Shown piece by piece: positions 54,498 to 64,000 of a stretch of DNA of 64,000 bases (position 1 is its first letter; each line of letters begins with the position of its first letter). The position numbers and the translations under genes were made by a program. Below the pieces are notes generated by a model. The model was not told where the DNA came from, made no database searches, and was given only the letters and a program-made list of their open reading frames with translations. The DNA lies in NCBI GenBank assembly GCA_964234715.1, contig OZ174278.1; one strand, 5' to 3'. This DNA is from Podarcis melisellensis (taxonomy: Eukaryota).

Positions 54498-55900
54498 CAT
54501 ACATGCAAGGGGGAACTCGCCCCCCTTGTGTAGAAGCTAAGTCTGCAGTCTGGTGCCTGGAACTACATCCTCGACTGCTGCTGTTAAACATGCATTACAA
54601 TCTATGAAATATGAGGAAAAACAGGGTCTTGTACATATGTTTTTTGCAAATTTCTTTGTAGCATCAGTCTTCCTGTTTTACCCATGTCTCCTGCCATTCA
54701 CATTTTGACTTTGTTTTATATGTCATTGGGATTTGTATATTTGCATTTTTTTAAAAAAGAGAAAAAATGAAGAGACTGCTGTATAGATAGGAAAACCTTT
54801 TTGCTTCATTAGTATAGTTTGAGTGTTATTTTTTAAAACATTTATTGGGAATGCTTGGACAAAGTTATGTTGAATCCAGAAGCACTATCCATTTGTTGGC
54901 CCGCCTAGCCTGATTCCCAGCGGCCATGCTTGCAGCAATTCACCAGTGTGCGTGTGTGTGTGCGCGTGTGTGTGTGGGGAGGGGAACATTTGTTCTTAGG
55001 AGGACCCCACTAACGACTCATAGCCCTATCTTCATTCATTATCCCACTGCTACACTTTACCCCCTTACCCTTGCCTTTTTTACAGCACCACACAGAGTGA
55101 AATTACAGGTGGTCTAAATGTCTTAACATTTCACATAGTTAATAGTTGTGGAACAAAACAAAATAAAAATACACAACCCAGTCTGTATCACTTGGTTCAC
55201 AATAACCACTATGGAGTATGTAGAAAGAAAAATAGGGTGTTATGCTTTATTTTATGAGTTGGTTGTATTCCTTTTATATAAAGATAATAACATGCCGACT
55301 CTAATTCATTCAGTTCCTGAGAAAGTGTTGGATGTGTTTGTGACTCCCTCCCCCACTCCGTTTTTGGTTGGGACCAGTGGATCTCTTTCTTGCTTTAAAT
55401 TCTTCAAATGAGATTATTTACATTCATCAGGCAAGTATGGCAATAGGCACTGAAGTGCACTAAACCCCACAGAGATTTACGGTGATGGCTTCCAAACCAA
55501 AGGAAAGCAGAAGGACAATATCTAATATGGTTTGTCACATTGTATTACGAAAAAGTTGTCTTTTAAGAAGTATGAGAAAATTCTTTTGCAGCCGATTTGG
55601 AGTCCCCGTGTATATTAAAGTTTGGTCATTGCCTTTTCTTTTTGCTGATACATCCAGAATTTAGAATTCTTTATTATTCATTCTTATCTTTTTTTAAAAG
55701 AAGAAGAAGAAGCTTGTAGTAATAATTTAGAAGGTTTTTTTTTAATTCCAAGGTTGTTTAAAGAAGATCTCAGGAGGTTGCAAAAGTAAATACCAACAAA
55801 CATCAATATTTTATAAGAGAGTAATATTTAAATCAGACCCAGAAATGTTGGAAACAATTAATGTTATTGAATAAAATAAACTAGTTTTATTTTAAATGTA
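54498..55900 (+). other. IL1RAPL1: IL1RAPL1 3' UTR (end uncertain)
   Basis: Follows the stop codon. U-rich and free of obvious repeats. AATAAA at 55162-55167 and overlapping AATAAAATAAA at 55870-55880 followed by T-rich sequence. Confidence 0.6.
55870..55880 (+). terminator. Candidate polyadenylation signal (tandem AATAAA)
   Basis: AATAAAATAAA about 1.4 kb after the stop. An alternative AATAAA lies at 55162. Confidence 0.45.
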
Positions 55901-58435
55901 TGATTTCATCTTTAAAAAGTTAAAGAAGGATCATGGAACGTGGCTCTGGGAAACATTCTCTGCATAAACCTCAGGACTGATTTTTTTGCCCACACAGAAT
56001 TCAAGGAGAGTTTGTCATAGACATTAAGGGAGCCAATTAACTCCTCATTCACTGAATGTTAACACAGTCAGCATTAATCTCCATATTTACACATACTGAT
56101 GCAATAGTCACATTTCACATAAGAACCATGAGAGGGAGGAACAGTAGGATTGCTTTTCATATGGCACTAGCCTTTTGGGAGCACACTTCTAATGCTGATT
56201 AACTTACACCAGAACAGAATGTGACCTTTTTGTTTGTCTTGCACTGAAAATGCAACAATTTAACTGCTGGAAATGACTATTTGAAACTATTGAATTCACC
56301 GCAGATGGAGGGAGTTTCCTAAAGAGCTGACCAGTAACGGCTGCTATAATAGATACTGTGTGTTTTGTTTGACTGCCAAGTTATAGTTTGGTTTGGATAA
56401 GATGCAATGTGGTGAAACAATCTGTAACCTGCATTCTAGAGGTGCCTGTGGGCTTCAACCTGTACACTGGAAATATCCGGTCTCATGTTGTAACTGGAAA
56501 GGAAACATCTGCAAGTCATATTCAAGAGCCTTTAGGATGTATACAGACATTTATTTGCCTAACAATATTCATTTCTGTGACAGTTAACTCAGGTCCTTTT
56601 CTAATAATGTTATTTTGTTAGTATGTGCTCCCCACCACCACCAAAATAAAAGCCTGGGCATGTGCCAAATAAATCACATCAAGCAAATAAAGCTGCCAGG
56701 ACCAACAAAGCAGCTTTGCACATTTTGTTCTTTGAAAATGTAAGATGGCTATTATAGACACCTGCCAAGTACTGATGGAATTTAATGGCCTTTAATGAGA
56801 TTCCAAATCTCAGACCTTTCCCCCTCCACTCTCCAAATTCCCAACAAAAGGTAAATCAGTGGAATGGCCTTTTCTTTTATATTTTTGAAGCTTAGATCTG
56901 AGTTGTGAAGTAACTGTAAAGCATTGCAGTATGACTACAGCTATGCTGCAGGTGTTAGCAGGTTTGGTTTCTCTTTTTTTAAGGTTTTTTTGTTTTTGTT
57001 TAAGTCTCACCAGGAATACTTTTCTTCTTCTATTTTTAATGTAGATTTAAGCACTTTGAATAGCATGATTCAGGGATTAATGGGTACTATTTGATATTCA
57101 CACTACTTAAAGAAAAGATTTTCTTATAATGCTTTGTCATATTATTAAATAAAATCAAACAAATGAGAAAAGGAAGAGTATGTGAGATAAAGGCTCCAAA
57201 TGGCTGGAGACCGCCATATTTGGCTTTAGAAACATTCCGCCCAAGTATTCCTCTTCTACAAACAGCTGTGCGAGAAACAGTAAAGGAACTGTCATATGTT
57301 CACGTACTCAATGTTTGACTAAAATTCTGTTAGAACACAAAATAAAAAGAAAAAAAAGTATTTGCCCTAGTTCCTGGGCTCTATCCTTTGTTTTTTACTG
57401 GGGAAGGAGGAGGTGGGAGAGAAGCATTCTGTGAAAGTTTGCATGCAAAGCCATGTTAAAAGCTTATCCATAAAAGCACAGCACTTTGTTTGGAAAAAAG
57501 TTCACAACAGAATGCAGAGCTAAGTGTGCTTACTTCTGTATCCACAAATCTGTTTTGGATTGTGATCAAATTCAACAGCACAATCACTGGGCAAAGGTTA
57601 CATCTTTGGCTCAAAATCCATAGCTAATATGGGGTCATATGGATTATGTCAGTAATTGTGTGTTAAACCTCCTTAGTCCCTGACCATCCTTAACGTGGAG
57701 CTACTATTCTCTGAAACAAGTGGCCATTCACCATCTGCTTTGATTTTTCTCATCCTAAAGGGTCCAAGGTAAGTAGTAGGTATACTGCTAAATGGTCTTT
57801 TCATACCACCATTTTAAGGAAAATGTCACCATAAGGAGATGATTATGGAAGCACTTACACACAATGTGTTGGATCTACAGTGACTTCCATAAATAAAATA
57901 TAGCCCTTCCATTCATGGAAGCCATTAACATCTTGAGGAGGCTCTGCAGAAGAGTAAAGCTTTTTTTTAAAAAAAAAATTCTTCTCCCATCCTCCCATAC
58001 CCTGCAGTACTTTTCATGTCACTCTAGGTCCCACAATCCCTCAAAACAGATAAGGGACACAGGGCACTGCAAGGGGAGGGAAGAGCTAGTTAAGATTGCC
58101 TCCTCTCAGCTTCCTCCAGCAAGAGGAGAATTCTGCTGAGTGTGAACCTGAATCCAATGTCCGGAAAAGTAAGGAGATCACTAAATTCATGGAAATTCTT
58201 CCACCTTAGTTATGTGAATAACCATTGTACCACTAATGCTGAAGACCCACAGAATTCTAACAGTACTTTTGCAGATGTATACATCTATTCTTGGTATCCA
58301 GCTGACAGAACCAAGCAGAGATCACAGGATACTAGATAGATAACTGGACCATATACACTCTTATTCCTGTTACAATCTCTTCTTCTTTCTTTAATATTAT
58401 GCATTAAATTCAATCATGTTTAGACCTAAGATATA

Positions 58436-58666
58436 CAGTGGTACTCAGTTTAAGAACAGTCCAGTTTAAGAACAATTTGGTTTACAAACTCCACAAAACC
58501 AGAAAGTGCCTTGGTTTTAGAACTTTACCTTGGTCTAAGAACGGAATCCGAAGGGTGGAATGAGGCAGGAGGCCTCATTAGGGAAAGTGCACCTCAGTCT
58601 AAGAACAGTTTTGGTTTAAGAACGGACTTCCAGAACAGATTAAGTTCGTAAACCTAGGTACCACTG
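58436..58666. mobile_element. Tc1/mariner (Tigger-like) MITE
   Basis: TA|CAGTGGTAC...GTACCACTG|TA with internal TTTAAGAAC repeats. Confidence 0.9.
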
Positions 58667-60812
58667 TATTGGCAGAATGGACCTGACAAAGTCTTCATTT
58701 CCCTTCTTTCTTTCTTTTATTTTAAGAGAAGCTGTATCCAGGTTTTAAAAGCATGATTGAAAATATGTGATGATATAGGCATTTTGGAATGGAAGAAGCA
58801 TCTGACTTCTAGAAATATATAGCTAAGTTAAGCCACGGACTTCTACTGGAATGGAAGAGCACATCAACTTGGTATGAGATGTGGCCTACAAGTGTACCAG
58901 CAGTGTTTGTAAATATTACTCTGCATTTTAGCAGAGCTGCCTCTTTGTATACTTGCTGCTGCTGACCAGAGACGCTGTGGGATGAACCACATTTGTTGAT
59001 TCCGTCAGTCACCATGAAATACAACCCTTTCCAGTACATCATTTAGAGCAACTGCTTCAACTCTCATCCAAATCTCACTTACTGCTTACACATTTCTACT
59101 CACTTTGGAACTCTTAGAGCAGGAATTAAATGAACATAGACAGTTTTGCAACACACAGTCTCTGCCTTCATAACACATTTCAATATCTTTAGCAGTTTGC
59201 TTGTAAAAAGCACTTGTTTCGAAGGAGAGCAAAGGAAAATACCCATCACATATCATTTTGGTAGCATGAAGGGATTTATCTGTCAAATATTAGAATGTTG
59301 TTATTCTTTTGAAGTTCTGAGCCAGGCTATAGCCACTGTAGATATTTTAGCTGCTTCACCATTCTCTCCCATCTTGCTATTCCAGAAACTCTGGAGAGAA
59401 AGACCAATATAAATCATTTGGTCCACTGTGGTTTTTTGTCATGCATTGTTTTAATATGATCCTTAAATTGGTCTCCCTCACAGTTTATATGGGGGGATAA
59501 AGCAAGAGATGGCAGCTGCCCATAGCATTCAGGTTGACAAAATGTACCTTGGAAAAACCATAAAGGTAAGGTCATGCTAATGGGCAAGAATCACTAAAAA
59601 TAACCTTTGTTGTTAATCAGCTGCAACTGTGTAAACAGTTATCATGAAGTAAGTCAAAATCAAATCTTCATTATGGCCACAGGCCAGCATAAGGTAAAAG
59701 CACCGATATACAAAAGTAGAGCATGTTAAATAGGCGATAGGGCAACTATAGAAGGGGTACGCAAATACTCATTCTCTCAATTACAATAAACCAGGATGAG
59801 ATTGAAACATATAAGGCACATAAATCAAGCACAATATAAAATGTTTAGATTTAAACCTTCAGTTTTAGACCTGTTGTCATAAAGTAAGATTTGTGTTTTA
59901 ACAACAGTAATGAACTTTAAACAATTCATATACCACAACTACCGCAGGTTTTAAACCCATAAGAAACAAATGACAAAATGACATTTCACCCTGACTGTTG
60001 GCCATGCTGCCTGGAGCTCCCACGATAGTGGGAGTCTAAATAGGAGGGTCATTGGTTAACCACAGCTGCTCTAAAATTTGGGTAGCTTTGGAAACTTAAA
60101 AAAGAATAAACGATACTTTTCCCATTCAAAGATTTATTAGTTTCTAAAAGGCACTGCACCAATCCACAGAACTGAGAGAGAAGCGGAAGAATTGGTACAC
60201 ACCACTGTCACCTCATTCTCACAGTATGGATTAAACTGGAAACTAAAGTGTGAAGGAGGAAAAAAGTCTCAGCTAATTCCCAACCACTCTTCCAAATTGT
60301 CAACTAATTTTGTGAGAGACTTGTGAAGAAAATATCCACTTATGTATGGGGGTTTTTTGGGAGGGGGGCATCAAGCTGCACCTGAACACCTCCTTTACCC
60401 TGTCCTGGTTCATAGCTAACTGCCGATGGGCACCGTCACTGGTTTTACTTTAAATAAACAAACAAAGACCCACTCTGCTACTGAAGGAGTAACAAAGCAG
60501 CACACCTATCTTTCCTTCCACTAGAAATCTGTTCCTCGGTGGCAAAATGACACTATTTGGTGCTGTCTGCCAGGAAGAAGGTATTCCAGAGCATCTGTCA
60601 CTACATTGCTCCTTCCCGGACATCCCCAAGATGAGGAACTAGGCCTTGGAGCAATGGCAAGGGAGAGGCAAAAGTTGTGGACATTTGCAGTCAAGTAAAG
60701 AAGGCTTTTGCTTGCTTTGGATCTGCTTGTGAGCAATAGAACAAAATATACTTTTTTCAAGACTTGTAACGTTCAGCTACTGAACATTAGTGAAGTACAG
60801 GACAGTCTGCAA

Positions 60813-60948
60813 CAGGCATCCCCAACCTTCAGCCCTCCAGATGTTTTGGACTACAGTTCCCATCATCCCTGACCACTGGTCCTGTTAGCTAGGGATCATG
60901 GGAGTTGTAGGCCAAAACAACTGGAGGGCCACAGGTTAGGGATGCCTA
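60813..60948. mobile_element. 136-bp palindromic hAT MITE, copy 5 (variant termini)
   Basis: CAGGCATCCCCAACCT...AGGTTAGGGATGCCTA. TSD GTCTGCAA / GTCTACAA. Confidence 0.92.
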
Positions 60949-61681
60949 GTCTACAATCTGCATTGAGGCCACATTTCTCCTGTAGAAATCTAGCATATGG
61001 TGCAAGCCTCTACAAAGGTCCCTCAACCCTTGTGCCCCAATATTTTTTTCTGGCACTACCATGACATCTTAGGCTAGAATCACTTTGTGTGCAAAAATCC
61101 TTATAGCCACTGTTTCTCCACAAAGCAGTCTCAACAGGGCATGATATGCAGTGTAGAAGCAAAAGGCAGGGAAGGAATGCTTCCCTCTGCAATCATCTTG
61201 CTTCCTACTCCAACTCTTGCTTCCAACTCCTGGCTCCCACCCTGGGATTCCAGCACAAAGCAACAAGTGACCACATATGTTGTTTATGTGCAACCTCACC
61301 TGGAAGCTACCCCACCTTTCTCCCATTTCCTTATGTTTGTAAAATGCATAGTGCTTATGAGTGACATGCAGAATGTGAGATGGTTCTTTGAAAACTTTCC
61401 TGATTCATAGATAGGCCTGAAAGAAACCTACTATTAGTATAATAATATTAATTTAATATATTTTTCAAAGTATTTTATTTTCTAGGAGCAGTTTAACCCC
61501 ATCATACCTTAAGATGTAATACTTTGTTCATGTTCTCTATGTTAACGACACTTGAAGTTAAGAAGATAGGTTAATAAAATTGACTGGAAGTTTACAAAAT
61601 CATCAGCTTCCATTTTTAAGCTTCGTGCTTGTGTGTATGTTAATCTGTTTGCAATTATTCTATGTATAAATATGAAAACAA

Positions 61682-61811
61682 GCATAGGTGTGGCCCTCCA
61701 ACTGTTGCTCTGCTGCGCCTCCGATCTTCCCTGATCATTAGCCATGCTGGCTGGGCCTTTTGAGAGTTAGAGTACATCAGCCTGAAGAAAGACCCAGATT
61801 CCCCACCCCTG
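61682..61811. mobile_element. Older degraded relative of the hAT MITE family
   Basis: tggccctcca...ccctgatcattagccatgctggctggg...ccccacccctg. A similar remnant lies at about 59985-60070. Confidence 0.5.
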
Positions 61812-64000
61812 GGCTATGGAATAAATAGTAAGAGGGGTTCAGCCTGAAATATTCCCAGTGATTCGCCCTCAAAAAGAGTAGGATGATGCTAAAAAGATAG
61901 TGTTTCTCCCTGGAGGTAATAATTAATATACCCTACCACAAGCATAATCTGCGTGAGCAAGATCATGCGGTGTACTTTCTCATCCACACTTTAAATAAAA
62001 TAGCTCACGATTCTGAAGTTATCGTGGTAGCCGTTTCAGATGATTTGGCTTCTAATCAAAGGGATGTTTATTTTCTCAGCAGTCATGTATGCTGTTTTTG
62101 GAGGGGATGCCTTTCATTGTTTGACAGGTAAATTGCAGGGGGATATTTTAGGGACACCCTTCATAACAAGCTTAACAGGTGACCAGCAATGCACTTACAA
62201 GGCAGGTGGAGTGTTTGCCAGAGCTTTTGTTCTCTGGTGAACAGTTTGCAGTAGCTGTAATTATGCACTTAGGGACACTTAGAAAGACAATTAAAACAAT
62301 TAGCATTATACATGTAACTTAAGCATTACATTAGAATGCTTCACATTTATCTTCCTAACACCTAGAAAACATCGAATGGGAACAATTATACACATACTAC
62401 AAAGTTATGGACATACTACAAAACAATTATTCACACAGCACCAAAGCAGGATAATCACACAGGTCTCTACTTTAAAGCAACAATCCCACTAAAGTCGAGT
62501 TAGCTCAGTTCAATTCTACCTCTATGGTCATTCCCAGATGACCTGTTTAATTAGCATTCAACCTGAATTGTTTGCAGAGACATCAGCTATTTAATGATTA
62601 TTCAGCTAGAGCTGTTTGTGGGGAGATCAGATTACCATGGGTCAAGCCACACTTTCCAATCTATTTTCCTGTCATTTTCCTTATTGCAAAAAGCCCACTC
62701 TTTTGGAGAAGTGGGTTTGCTTCTCACCGGGGTTCAGGTCAGATTTAATTACACAGATGGGATATGACCAAATCCCACCCCAAAATAGTGACAGCCTGGA
62801 AATGCCCTCAGTGGAATGCAGAACTTTGACAGACTTCTGCCATAGAAACACTGAGGTGTAAACAGAAGGTGCTTATAGTCATAGCAATAAAGTTACCCGC
62901 TTTCCACAAAGAGATCTATAATAGAGTTTCATTCTCAAAAACCTGAACAATCCTATATCCAAAGAATATTTGTGTGTGTTTTTTCAACTTCACGTAAATG
63001 CTGTCCAGTCTCTTGAGATTCAGCAGCAGAAACATGCAAAGAGCACTGTGCATGTTTACACTTAATTCTGTAAAAACTAGTATCTTTTTGTTTGGCACCT
63101 GTGATCATGATGGAGTCATGGAGTCACATGACTTGCTGAAACAATTACAACAGGCTTAATTTTTTGCATTTCTATCAACTTTTATTCCTAAGAATGCTGC
63201 AATTGCTAGCAACATTTTAAAAAACCTTAATTTTTCCACAGCCAGGAAGGGAAAATGGTTGAGGAAACATACACCGTAAAAGTAGGTAAAATATAGGGTT
63301 TCTTTCCATAAAATAAATAAAAGGTGAGTGCATAATTTCAGAGCAGATAAACAAGGTGTATGTGCAGTTTTCTTTTTGATGTTACTCTTTTACTGGCAAA
63401 AATGCAAAGTTATAATGACACATTAAGCTTTCTCCTCTTGCAAACTGAGACAAAAATAAAACAGTGCAAGTAAACTGTGTGTGAAAACTTTTTTTAAAAA
63501 GCCAAATGACTGCCAGTATTAATTTTACAGAGTTGTTTTGAAAGCTGTTTGAATTGGCTACATTAGTGGCAGATTGTTCGCCAGCTCAACCCTATGATCC
63601 TATAGATCTCAGTGGCAACAAGATAAATTCAAAACCTGAGCCCAGTAAGTGTAACAGAACAGATGTTCAGCCTTGCTTGCCAGGAACATACAAATCTACC
63701 TTTGGTATAATATGTGGCCAGCTCAGTTTTGCATGAAAGGTCCAGACCATTTCACAGAGAAAAGCCACTCAAACAAACAAACAATCTTCTCTTCCTAGCT
63801 TATTACATGCATTAGGCTGACCATGTATCTCATTTTATAGAGGACAGATCTCTGTTTGCAGGACTGTCCGTCTGCTTCAAAGGTAAGAAACTAGAAGAAG
63901 AGAAAGCAGAGGGTGTGAAATTGCCTATCAAGAATTAGCATCTGGACAGCAGATGGAGCAGGCACACAGGTGACCTGCTCACAGTCTTCCCCACCTTGGT

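Overview
Vertebrate genomic DNA, most likely a squamate and probably a lacertid lizard, judging from a full-length Sauria SINE and typical lizard MITE, L2 and CR1 content. The window holds the 3' part of IL1RAPL1 (interleukin-1 receptor accessory protein-like 1) on the + strand. Five coding exons are present: 22154-22286, 23544-23689, 37215-37358, 48616-48786 and 53779-54497, equivalent to human exons 7-11 from recalled gene structure. All have GT-AG boundaries and consistent phases. They encode Ig3, the transmembrane helix, the TIR domain and the long C-terminal tail ending in SVIW, followed by the 3' UTR. The rest is intron or intergenic DNA rich in transposon relics. These include five exactly 136-bp palindromic hAT MITEs, three Tc1/mariner-type MITEs, a Sauria SINE with a 14-bp TSD, L2/CR1/L1/Penelope fragments, several nested insertions, a DIRS tyrosine-recombinase retroelement relic and a solo-LTR-like antisense promoter. 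There is one 134-N assembly gap. Nearly all other short ORFs in the track are spurious or TE-derived. I found no well-supported novel biological system. The best leads are hypotheses about alternative IL1RAPL1 products: an intron-8 read-through giving a TIR-less isoform with its own hydrophobic segment and poly(A) signal, an in-frame exon 7-9 circle flanked by MITEs, and a candidate 10-nt micro-exon. The DIRS/LTR cluster in the last intron is also worth a look.
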